Assembly: GCA_016176685.1 (NCBI GenBank)
Contig: JACOWS010000002.1
Coordinates: 30,608-94,607, forward strand
Length of the DNA stretch: 64,000 nt
Direction of reading: 5' to 3'
DNA from: Patescibacteria group bacterium
GTDB lineage: Bacteria; Patescibacteriota; Minisyncoccia; Phycocordibacterales; SBAW01
Made by a program: the position numbers and the translations under genes. Below the pieces are notes generated by a model that was not told the DNA's origin, ran no database searches, and saw nothing but the letters and a program-made list of their open reading frames with translations. Shown one piece after another: positions 55,461 through 63,903 of the stretch; position 1 is the stretch's first letter; each line of letters begins with the position of its first letter.

Positions 55461-57302
55461 CTAGTACCCTATTGGTGCCGGCATGTCCAAAAGGTCCTTC
55501 ACCTTTCGCACATAATTTGCGGGGGTATCGGTCGTGCAGTCGGTTTGTACCGCGCCATTGCGGAAAAGAAATACCCCTCCAAGTTTGTTATCGAGGATAA
55601 ATTGCCGCGTGTCGTACATAAGGTTTTCGTCGTCGCTCATGTCGGCGACAACAAACATTTTCTTTTTCTGCCACGAGGTGGGGGTACCGTTTGCCGCAAG
55701 CTGCATTTGGGCAGTAAGGCGGTTGACAACGGTGTCGGTGCGGTTGTTGCACTGCCCGCCAGGAAAGAGCCAAAGCGACACATGGTCGAATTTTTTAAGC
55801 AAGAGCGGCCCCAGCGCGCTTACTCCGGAGGTATTGTTACCCCACGCACCCCACGAATTGACCATGATGGCCAGCCGCGTGTTGGGGCTTAATGTATTTA
55901 TAGCGCTGGTATAGTTGTTGAAAAAGGTGCGCGTCTGCGCCGTGGTTCGATCATCTTGCACCTCCCAGTCAAGCCAGATACCCGCAATATACTGCGTGAG
56001 GGATCCGTCGAACGCCTCGGGGGGGATGTAGCAGGTGTCCCCCACCCAGGGTTGCGTCCGGTTGACACTCTCGGTCATATACTGGTCGAGCCGAGCCCGA
56101 CTACCCACAAAGGCAATTTTTGACGAGGTACTCTGCAGGAGCGCGGCTTGAGACTGCATGTCAGTGTCATAGGAAGCGAGCGTGAGTCCGGCCGCAGAAA
56201 GGCGGTTTTTGATTTGAGACTGCGGCTCGCCCAGGGCCGAAAGTGTTTGAGAGAGGGTGCAGGTATCTGCTTTGGCGAGAGAGGCGAAGAAAGCGCGGTA
56301 CATTATCCCATTTACGTTCATAGGATTTCCTTCTACGTTATTGCCCGTACAAACCGCAGAGTTGGTGTCTGTAGCATGGCAACGGTTACCCCATATGGTC
56401 CAGAATTTTTTAACCCCGCCCACGGTGCCCCCCGGGGTACGCTGAAATGCGCTGGGTGAGCGAGAAAATCCGATCGTGGCTGGGTAGAGATAGTCAGGGT
56501 CATTTACAGACTTAGGTATGTTGTTCTGGAAAACGACAAGCCCGTTGTTGGCTGGGGACGAGTAGAGCGCCGACTCGTCCCAACAGTGTGGAAGTGCGGG
56601 GAGCCCCGGAATATTGTCGTCCGATGCGCCATTTGCGTATGTACACTGGTTGATGGTGTAGGAGTATGTGGTAACCCCAGAGTCTCCGTATGCATTACAC
56701 CCTATAGCTTTAAGCTCTCTGGGGACTGGCTGGGCAGCAGTGGCAGAAGAGCGATAGTAAACCACACTTACACCGCCATCGTAGTGAATACCGGAAGTGC
56801 AGGTAGGGTTGATACCGTCGAGCGTGTAGCGGATAAACCCAGCCCGAGACGATGCAAGAGTGACTGTTTGGGTATCTGTGTACGTGCTTGGGGCTGGCGT
56901 AACTTGTATCTTGCCTGGGGGAATTTCGATAATGTAGCTATAGAGCATGGAGGCCGAGGTTCCATCGGGGTAGCAGGCAATGGTGTTGAGTGTGCGGCTC
57001 ACCCCAATATTGAAAGGTCCTGTGTAGAGGGTACCGGTTGAACAGGTGATAGAGTTGCTGGTACCCCGCCAGCGTATCTGTGAAGCTTCGGGGGCGGAGA
57101 GCGTAATGGTGACTACGGAGGTGTACGTACCCGGTGCAGGGGAAATGGATGGAGGTAGAATATTCGTGGTACCAGAGGCAAAAGGAGCATTGGTAAACGT
57201 AGTAAAAAAGACTGTACTCACAGCGAGCACAACAAAGGCCAAGAGAATACTGCGAGCATCCGTTGATAAAAAAGAAGGGCCACGTTCCTTAAGAGTATTC
57301 AT
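55461..57302 (-). CDS. Membrane-anchored protein: two Fn3-associated (chitobiase C-terminal-like) repeats and a putative glycoside hydrolase domain
   Basis: SPAPGTY...VTITL and IRYTLDG..PT repeats; GIWLDWE resembles the GH18 DxDxE strand. Confidence 0.65.
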   Translation of the reverse strand: MNTLKERGPSFLSTDARSILLAFVVLAVSTVFFTTFTNAPFASGTTNILPPSISPAPGTYTSVVTITLSAPEASQIRWRGTSNSITCSTGTLYTGPFNIGVSRTLNTIACYPDGTSASMLYSYIIEIPPGKIQVTPAPSTYTDTQTVTLASSRAGFIRYTLDGINPTCTSGIHYDGGVSVVYYRSSATAAQPVPRELKAIGCNAYGDSGVTTYSYTINQCTYANGASDDNIPGLPALPHCWDESALYSSPANNGLVVFQNNIPKSVNDPDYLYPATIGFSRSPSAFQRTPGGTVGGVKKFWTIWGNRCHATDTNSAVCTGNNVEGNPMNVNGIMYRAFFASLAKADTCTLSQTLSALGEPQSQIKNRLSAAGLTLASYDTDMQSQAALLQSTSSKIAFVGSRARLDQYMTESVNRTQPWVGDTCYIPPEAFDGSLTQYIAGIWLDWEVQDDRTTAQTRTFFNNYTSAINTLSPNTRLAIMVNSWGAWGNNTSGVSALGPLLLKKFDHVSLWLFPGGQCNNRTDTVVNRLTAQMQLAANGTPTSWQKKKMFVVADMSDDENLMYDTRQFILDNKLGGVFLFRNGAVQTDCTTDTPANYVRKVKDLLDMPAPIGY

Positions 57303-57444
57303 CTCACGATTATGACATGCCAGAGCGGCCTGTATAGGTATTGAAGTGTAGAGCGGTGTAAAAAATAAAAGGAGCGGCCCGGGAGTAAACTCCCGAACCG
57401 CCCCTGAACTTACACCCTTTCGGATGCAAACTGCCGCCGGCCGG

Positions 57445-57747
57445 CTAGGCCTTGAGAGCCGTGACGTTGTAGCCGAAGCTCTCGGCCAGAGCCACCGCCA
57501 GCATCTCGGTGTCGCCCAGCGGCATCGACAGCGTGTGGCCGTCGGCGCCCTGGATCACGGCCGTGCCACCGACCTTGGCGAAGCGCCCGCTGTTGATCGT
57601 CTTGCCGTCGCGGGTGGTGCCGTGGGCATCCTGCCAGCCGCGGATCGAATCGATCGGGATGAGACCGGTGTTGTAAGCGTCGATGTTGACGGGGACGGTC
57701 TTGGCGCGGTGGCGAGTGCTCGGCGAGAAGGAACGATTGCTGTTCAT
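57445..57747 (-). CDS. Hypothetical protein (100 aa, high GC3)
   Basis: Promoter TTGACA-N17-TAAGCT (57864-57836), SD GGAGG, downstream hairpin. Confidence 0.7.
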   Translation of the reverse strand: MNSNRSFSPSTRHRAKTVPVNIDAYNTGLIPIDSIRGWQDAHGTTRDGKTINSGRFAKVGGTAVIQGADGHTLSMPLGDTEMLAVALAESFGYNVTALKA

Positions 57748-57865
57748 AAATGAACCTCCGTTTGTGTGTATTCGCTCCCCTGCCCTGCAAAAAGGGCTAG
57801 GGACAGCGAAATCGGCCACCATTGGCCGACCAGAGGAGCTTAGCATAGGCCAATTTTGGTGTCAA

Positions 57866-57885
57866 GCTCCGCGGGTAGGACTCGA
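57866..57885 (-). repeat. Inverted perfect copy of the tRNA-Asn 3' end
   Basis: gctccgcgggtaggactcga is the reverse complement of 58232-58251. Confidence 0.88.
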
Positions 57886-57965
57886 CCTAGAGCTTTGTGA
57901 CTCCGGCCACATTCTTGATATGACAAAATCCATAAAATTAGGTATAGTTTTTTTGTTCGACATAT

Positions 57966-58250
57966 TCCGCGGTAGCTCAATGGTAGAGCAGCTCCCTGTC
58001 AGCAGGCAGCCTCCCACAGGAATGTGGGTTGCAAACGAGGTGAATTCGGGGAAATCCTAAGCTTTGTCGAAGGACAATCCCGAGCCAAGCTCCAGATTTT
58101 GGAGAAGGTGTAGAGACTATCCCGCAAGGGAGTACTCTCAAAAAGAGGAAGCCCCTCGCATCCAGAACGGATGATGATATAGTCCACGCCCGCAGTAATG
58201 TGGGGAAACGTGTAAGGAGTTGGTTGTAGGTTCGAGTCCTACCCGCGGAG
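57966..58250 (+). tRNA. tRNA-Asn(GTT) split by an intron (exons 57966-57999 and 58213-58250)
   Basis: TCCGCGG/CCGCGGA acceptor; joined anticodon arm GCTCC-CTGT^TAA-GGAGT; GTAGG-TTCGAGT-CCTAC. Confidence 0.93.
58000..58212 (+). ncRNA. Group I self-splicing intron (213 nt, no ORF)
   Basis: 5' exon ends in U, intron ends in G; core elements AATTCGGGGAA, AATCCCGAGC, GTAGAGACTA, GATATAGTCC. Confidence 0.92.
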
Positions 58251-58501
58251 CCCAGTCCCCCGACCCCCGTCTGGGTAACCTCTCGGTTTCCCAACATCTC
58301 GCTACGCTCAATCCTTCCTCCACGAGGGACTAGGCGTCTTTTGCTCTGCAAAAGCCGAGGGTAGGACGAGAACGAGGGGTGGGTCGGAGGGGAAACTATA
58401 GTGTCCCCTCCGTGGAGGAAATTATTCAAAACCGTGGGTTTTGAAAGCGCAGTCTCGTTATAGCGGGACGAGCAGTGAGTACTCCTACCCGCGGAGCCCA
58501 G
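58237..58501 (+). mobile_element. 246-bp structured mini-element bounded by 19-bp direct repeats of the tRNA-Asn 3' end
   Basis: tcctacccgcggagcccag at 58237-58255 and 58483-58501; internal inverted repeats; no ORF. Confidence 0.65.
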
Positions 58502-58780
58502 ATAACCCTTTGCGACGGCAAAGGGTTATCTGGGCTCATCTATACGAATTGGCTCGTACCTATTTTACCCTAAACCCCTAGTCGCGCGCTCCGCGCGCGT
58601 GGTGGCTTTGTACCGCATCGTACGTCCCGATTTCCGTGCTGACTCTCTCGGGCGCGAGTACGCCGCGCCCTCGACCCCGCCCCGCCGCTTTCCATTCTTT
58701 CTTATTTTCGCGGGGGGGGGAATGCAAAACTGAATGGCAGCGGGGACGGGGACCCGAAAAATCCCCGATTTTTGGCGTAG

Positions 58781-58809
58781 TTGACAGAAATTATTAGGAA
58801 TCGTATAAT
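58781..58809 (+). promoter_or_regulatory. Consensus sigma70 promoter
   Basis: TTGACA-N17-TATAAT. Confidence 0.85.
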
Positions 58810-58966
58810 ACATTGAGTTCTTTGAGAAAATCCCTTATTTGCCGTGGCAGAAAGCCCTTGAAAACAATCGAGTTTTTTCTGCTATGGCAAACCGAGGTCA
58901 GCTCGGAGCCCAATGGCCCGCAACACGTTCCGAGAGGAACACGTTGCATAACGGAGTGAACACGTC

Positions 58967-59617
58967 ATGACTGACAGGTTCATCATGTCTAGCCGCCAAG
59001 CGGCAGAACTCGACCATGCGCTTGAGCGCAACGGTTGGACGTCTGCGGACGTCAAAACGGCGACGAAGGGCAATACCCTTGCTCAATTCCGCAAGGTGTT
59101 GCTCGGGACTGCTACGGTCGTCGACAATCCTGTGACGAAAAAGAAGCAGTCGAAGCTTCTCGTCTCCGACGGCCACTATGCCGTCGTCGAAGTCGGCGAG
59201 CGGCACGATCCGGGCAGTTTGTGGCAGACTCGCCCGGGTCTCTACGTGTACGACGACTTTCGGAATCGAATCGTCGCGGCCGCCAAGCCGACCGAGACGG
59301 GAGCGAAGTTCAAGAAACTCCCGCGTTTCAAGCTCGGCCGCAATGCGACTGGTGAGGAACTGAAAGGTGCACGTCCGAATGGGATTTGGACGGCGACCGA
59401 TTTCTGTCCGTGGCTTGCCGCGAAGCTTGCGAAGCAAGCAGGTGGCAAGGACGGGGAATTCCTCAACAACGGCTGGGCCAACCTCTTCTTGGTCGAAGGG
59501 GTAAACGGCGAGGTCTTCGTCGTCGTCGTGGGCTGGTTCGGCGGCGAGTGGATCGTCGACGCGTGGCGGCTCGACGACGACTGGCCCGGTGGCAGCCAGT
59601 TCGGCTCCCGCAACTGA
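58967..59617 (+). CDS. Hypothetical protein with Trp-rich C-terminus
   Basis: 216 aa, high GC3, own promoter and terminator hairpin. Confidence 0.75.
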   Translation: MTDRFIMSSRQAAELDHALERNGWTSADVKTATKGNTLAQFRKVLLGTATVVDNPVTKKKQSKLLVSDGHYAVVEVGERHDPGSLWQTRPGLYVYDDFRNRIVAAAKPTETGAKFKKLPRFKLGRNATGEELKGARPNGIWTATDFCPWLAAKLAKQAGGKDGEFLNNGWANLFLVEGVNGEVFVVVVGWFGGEWIVDAWRLDDDWPGGSQFGSRN

Positions 59618-59836
59618 CCGATTGCAACTTTGTGCGCTCGCCGGTGGCGGGCGCATTGACCCCTTGGATACTTTGGCCCTGTGCCGGAGTCCAAGGGGTT
59701 TTCGTTTGATATACTGAAATTGAAATTTCTGGCGGCGTTCCGATAACAGGGACAATAACGGGATAACGGGGACAGGCACAGTTAAATAAGCAAGAGTGTG
59801 GTATAGTTAAAAGGATTATACATTAAGCGATTTTTT

Positions 59837-59962
59837 ATGATGGGTTATAGCTGGTCAATGATGGGAGGCGCGGGTATTTTTGGTTCTCTTATTGCAATCG
59901 TAATATTCGTGAACCTCGTTCTCGTCGGCATCTGGCTCTGGCAGCAGATCTCAAAGAAGTGA
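59837..59962 (+). CDS. 41-aa Met/Gly-rich membrane peptide, absent from the ORF track
   Basis: MMGYSWSMMGGAGIFGSLIAIVIFVNLVLVGIWLWQQISKK; TGG-TATAGT upstream. Confidence 0.65.
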   Translation: MMGYSWSMMGGAGIFGSLIAIVIFVNLVLVGIWLWQQISKK

Positions 59963-60026
59963 CTACTTTAAACGAAACAGAGCGGCAAAAGCCGCTCTGT
60001 TTCGTTTTATGGATGGCCAAAGAATA

Positions 60027-60560
60027 TCATTCCCCGTACCAACTTGTGAGCCACCCGCGCATCATGTCGATTTCTCGCGACTGCGATGTGATGATGTTGT
60101 CAGAAAGCTCCTTCATTTCTGAACGCTGTGTAGAAGCTTGGAGCATTTGTGCCATCATGATGGCCATCTCGTGATGCGGGATCATCTGCTCGATGAACTC
60201 ACGATCAAACTCTGAAGTAGAAACACCTGCGAGTACTGCCGTGTCGCCACTCATACCGTCCATGTGCATCATACCCATACCGCCTTCTGGTGGCGCAGAG
60301 CCGAACCATGATTGATACCACGAACGCATGTCTCGATTTTCGCTCTCCTGAGCTTCAATAATGCCATTTGCCAGCGAGAGTATCTCGGGACGCTTTGAGC
60401 GTTCCAGGGCGACCTTAGCCATTTTTATCGCTCCCTCATGGTGTGGAATCATCTGGACAATAAAGTGCTGATCGATCGGATTATTGCCCCAGACCAGGTA
60501 TCCACCAAGAAGACCGAGTACAAGAGCTACGACACCTACTGCGATACTACTCGTATTCAT
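60027..60560 (-). CDS. DUF305 (CopM-like) Met/His-rich protein
   Basis: Two MIPHH..AI.MA repeats. Confidence 0.9.
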   Translation of the reverse strand: MNTSSIAVGVVALVLGLLGGYLVWGNNPIDQHFIVQMIPHHEGAIKMAKVALERSKRPEILSLANGIIEAQESENRDMRSWYQSWFGSAPPEGGMGMMHMDGMSGDTAVLAGVSTSEFDREFIEQMIPHHEMAIMMAQMLQASTQRSEMKELSDNIITSQSREIDMMRGWLTSWYGE

Positions 60561-60698
60561 GAGCGGAATATACCATATTTTGGAAATAGGGTCAGACCCC
60601 ATCCCCTAGGGGTACTCTGTCAAAACAGTCGGGGAACCTTTAGTCTTTAAGTACTACCCTATGGATTGATGGGAGGAGGGTCTGGTATTATTACAACA

Positions 60699-61202
60699 AT
60701 GACAAACCTATTTATACTCGCCGGTATACTACTATTTATCGCCATTGCGGTGGCGTTATTTTCAGGAAAGTTCGAAAATATAAACGGGGAAAAGGCGCAG
60801 TATCAATACAGAAGGAAAAACTTCTTTCTTACTCGAGCAGAGCATGAATGCTATGACGCTTTCGTCGAGGCGGTTGGTGCGGAGTATCGCATTTTCGCAC
60901 AGGTGCATCTACCTACTCTAGTTGACCACACAATTCGAGGGCAGGATTGGCGTGCCGCTCTGGCACACATAAACCGGAAGTCTGTTGATTTCGTGCTTTG
61001 TGACAAAGCGTATCTCTCACCAAAGCTAGCTATCGAGCTGGATGATAAATCACACGAGCGTCCGGATCGGCAGGAACGTGATCGTGAAGTGGAGCGTATC
61101 CTGCGTGAAGCCGGTGTGCCACTCTTGAGACTGGAAAATCACGGCAATTTTAATCCAAGCGAATTAGCTCAACAAATCAAAGAAACCCTTAACCCCAAAT
61201 AA
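60699..61202 (+). CDS. DUF2726 domain protein
   Basis: IFAQV, KSVDFVLCD, AIELDDKSH, RD. Confidence 0.88.
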   Translation: MTNLFILAGILLFIAIAVALFSGKFENINGEKAQYQYRRKNFFLTRAEHECYDAFVEAVGAEYRIFAQVHLPTLVDHTIRGQDWRAALAHINRKSVDFVLCDKAYLSPKLAIELDDKSHERPDRQERDREVERILREAGVPLLRLENHGNFNPSELAQQIKETLNPK

Positions 61203-61248
61203 CATCCCTATAAACTGGAGTATGTAAGGATATTGAAAAAACAAATAT

Positions 61249-61749
61249 ATGCGTATAAATAATTTTTTCAAATCAGTAATTGCCATTGGCGTTTCGCTGG
61301 GAGCAGGAGTGATCGGCTCATTCTTTACCACACCGGCAGTTCAATCCAGTTGGTATCTGGAACTTATTAAACCGGCTCTCAATCCTCCGACGTGGATGTT
61401 CGGTCCGGTCTGGACGACACTATTTGCGCTTATGGGCATTTCTCTTTTTCTTGTCTGGAAACAACATCCTTACATACTTGAGAATGTAAGGATGTTACGA
61501 GTGTGGAGATGGGCGATCGCGCTATTTTTTATTCAGCTGGTACTCAACACCCTTTGGTCGATTATCTTTTTTGGTCTGCATAGCCCCGGCGGTGCGCTTG
61601 TTGAGATCGTGTTCCTTTGGCTTGCTATCCTCGCCACAATCATTGCATTTTATAAAATCTCCCGGCCGGCCGCGTGGCTCTTGGTGCCGTATATCCTTTG
61701 GGTCAGCTTTGCCGCTTATTTAAACTATGCCATTTGGTCGCTGAATTAA
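61249..61749 (+). CDS. tspO: TspO/MBR tryptophan-rich sensory protein
   Basis: WY..L.KP..NPP.W.FGPVWT, LN..WS.IFFG, PY..WVSFA..LN. Confidence 0.93.
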   Translation: MRINNFFKSVIAIGVSLGAGVIGSFFTTPAVQSSWYLELIKPALNPPTWMFGPVWTTLFALMGISLFLVWKQHPYILENVRMLRVWRWAIALFFIQLVLNTLWSIIFFGLHSPGGALVEIVFLWLAILATIIAFYKISRPAAWLLVPYILWVSFAAYLNYAIWSLN

Positions 61750-62148
61750 ATCCAATTAAGCAAACAGACTTCGGTATAATTTCTTAACATCGTTCGAGTT
61801 AATCAAATCGTTCCAAAGGTTCAAATTTGGTCAAACCGGTGGGTAGTGGTGGCAACTGGTGATAGTGTGATGTACCCTAGGCACAAATCTCTCCACAGGG
61901 GCAAATAGCTGGCAAATCGGGGTGCATTTACCAGTAATTCACTATCTTAAACGGCGAGATATTGCCGGGAATCTGCCAAATGGCGGTTCGGAATGCATGA
62001 AGCGCGCGGAGCTCGTAAAAGTCGTTATTTTAATAGGGCCATTTTGAGTACCCGCGGATAAGACTCGAACTCTTGACTTGTTTATATATCTAATATATAT
62101 TACCTACAGATAATCTTTTCAGTCAATTCATTTCATAGAGGAGCTAGC

Positions 62149-62428
62149 AATGCCGACCACAGACGATATCAAAAAATTCTGCGAAAGCATCGACTTCGAT
62201 TTATTGAAAAAGGCGAGGCGGAAAGAGTCTCTGACACCCGGCGAGCGCATCAAGGTACTTGCCGCACTCGCGTCGCCGACTCCATATATTAACGGTGGCA
62301 AGGTAGATGTGATGCGCAACCCCATCTTCGATCTTTCTTCAGTCGAAATTGCAAATATGTCTCGCGATAGAGGTTTCGCTGCAGCAGGCTACACGCCCGC
62401 AGCAATTGACTACATCCTACATCACTGA
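62149..62428 (+). CDS. Hypothetical protein
   Basis: TTGACT-led AT-rich promoter region, SD GAGGAG, downstream hairpin; 92 aa. Confidence 0.6.
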
Positions 62429-62690
62429 AATGCCCGCCCAACAAACCGCACCGTCCACAACGCGAACCCGTTGGAGGACGGTTTCGCTTTTTACGCCAGC
62501 AAACAGGTTCGAACTTCGTAGGGCAGGCAGGGCAACTTTATTCAATCATGCGAGTTGTAAAGGAATATTGACTAAAAATCCAATTATAAACGATGGATAG
62601 AAAGGCATCGACCCCATAAACAACATCCTTACAAACTTGAGAATGTAAGGATGTTGTGTGTTTGGAAATTGGCGATTGTTTCCCTGGAAT

Positions 62691-63380
62691 TTAGCGAGTA
62701 CTGACTAGCTTTTGGTACAGGCCGCCAAAGTATGAGGATTTTTGCCATCTGCGGCCGGCCATTTGTGCCGGTATAACATCTGCCAGTTCCCTGCCCCATA
62801 GGTCGACCGCGTAGGGCTCGAGTCTGGCGAGAAAAAGGTAAATTAAAAAACGCACCGGGTGCCATTTGGCCGGCTGTGCGTAGTCGACTATCACCAACTT
62901 GCCTCCTGGTTTTAGCACGCGCAGAGCCTCGCTCACGGATTTTTCTCTATATGCCTGCGGCTCTTCGTGCAGCAAAAAAAATAGCAGTACCCTGTCGTAG
63001 CTCTGGTCGGGCAGAGCGAGGGCCGTAGCGTCCATAAGGAGCGTCTGCGCATGCATCTCGGGCGTCATTTTCCTGCGCAGATTGTCTAGCTGGACCTCTA
63101 GTATGTCTATAACATCGAGTGAACCGCCGTTTTTTGCGGCGCGTGCCGCCAGGCGGGGCGAGAGGTCTCCATAACAGCACGACATTTGCAGGGTGCGCCC
63201 GGCCAGATCGTCGCCAAACTCGTCGAGCACGGCATTGCGTAGTGTTACGTAGTTGCCAAAAAGGATGAAGTTGATAAGCCACTGGCGCTCAAAAAAACGT
63301 ACTGCAGAGGGGCGCACATACGCCCACCAGTAAGTCTCCTCAAGATAGTCTGGTATTGGTGGGGCTATCTTGTGGGACAT
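62691..63380 (-). CDS. rquA: RquA-like class I SAM-dependent enzyme (rhodoquinone biosynthesis)
   Basis: PDYL..TYWWAYV.P.AVRFFERQWLIN.IL.GN, LQMSCCYGD, VIDILEVQL, FFLLHE, FGGLYQK. Confidence 0.82.
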   Translation of the reverse strand: MSHKIAPPIPDYLEETYWWAYVRPSAVRFFERQWLINFILFGNYVTLRNAVLDEFGDDLAGRTLQMSCCYGDLSPRLAARAAKNGGSLDVIDILEVQLDNLRRKMTPEMHAQTLLMDATALALPDQSYDRVLLFFLLHEEPQAYREKSVSEALRVLKPGGKLVIVDYAQPAKWHPVRFLIYLFLARLEPYAVDLWGRELADVIPAQMAGRRWQKSSYFGGLYQKLVSTR

Positions 63381-63469
63381 AGTTATAAAAAAAATACCCA
63401 GATACACTCAACAATAGCACGGTGGCCAGACCGAGTGGATTTTTTTATCAACATCAGGCATACTAGCGG

Positions 63470-63731
63470 CAGACAGACCCGAGGGAGTGTTTGGCATAGT
63501 AAGCCGCGCAAGGGGTCACCCATCCTTTTGTGCGGAGATGAGGTGCCAAGCACACTTCTTTTAGACGACCGCGGTGGAAGTGATCTCCCCACCGCTCTTC
63601 GTTTAGACAGAAGAACCCCCGGTTGCCGCTCGGGAGCGCGCGAGCTCTGGTGCCTTATACGCTGGAGGCACACCAAAGCTATCGCCCCCCGAGCGGCACT
63701 TTTACACCACCCCTAGCCGGGTGGTGTTTTT
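63470..63731 (+). ncRNA. Candidate ~260-nt multi-helix structured RNA
   Basis: Three long helical domains with G-U pairs on the + strand; terminal hairpin plus T-run. Confidence 0.5.
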
Positions 63732-63747
63732 ACTCACCGACCAAAAG

Positions 63748-63903
63748 CTACTTTTTGTTGCCCAAAATCTTAAACATCTTGGTGCTACAGGTTGCACAGG
63801 TGCCAGACATAGCGCGACGGCCCCCCTTCATCTCAACTTCTTTTGGGTCAACCATTTCCTTCTTCTCGCGGCACTTAACACAATATGCAATTTCCTTTTC
63901 CAT
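63748..63903 (-). CDS. 51-aa zinc-ribbon protein (DUF5679-like), absent from the ORF track
   Basis: MEKEIAYCVKCREKKEM...MKGGRRAMSGTCATCSTKMFKILGNKK; two CxxC motifs. Confidence 0.85.
   Translation of the reverse strand: MEKEIAYCVKCREKKEMVDPKEVEMKGGRRAMSGTCATCSTKMFKILGNKK

Larger units (their letters stand above)
61201..62656. repeat. Three copies of palindrome family 3 (61201-61234, 61463-61496 in frame in tspO, 62621-62656)
   Basis: aacatccttaca(t/a)acttgagaatgtaaggatgtt and a degenerate copy. Confidence 0.85.

Noticed and set aside
58967-59700. DGR target gene (aromatic C-terminus plus downstream hairpin)
   Set aside because: No reverse transcriptase and no template repeat differing at adenines is visible in the window.
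58560-62045. Intact prophage or integrative element next to tRNA-Asn
   Set aside because: No integrase, recombinase or phage gene; only att-like fragments and cargo genes.
63470-63731. RNase P RNA or tmRNA
   Set aside because: No GAGGAAAGTCC P4 strand and no tRNA-like ends on either strand.
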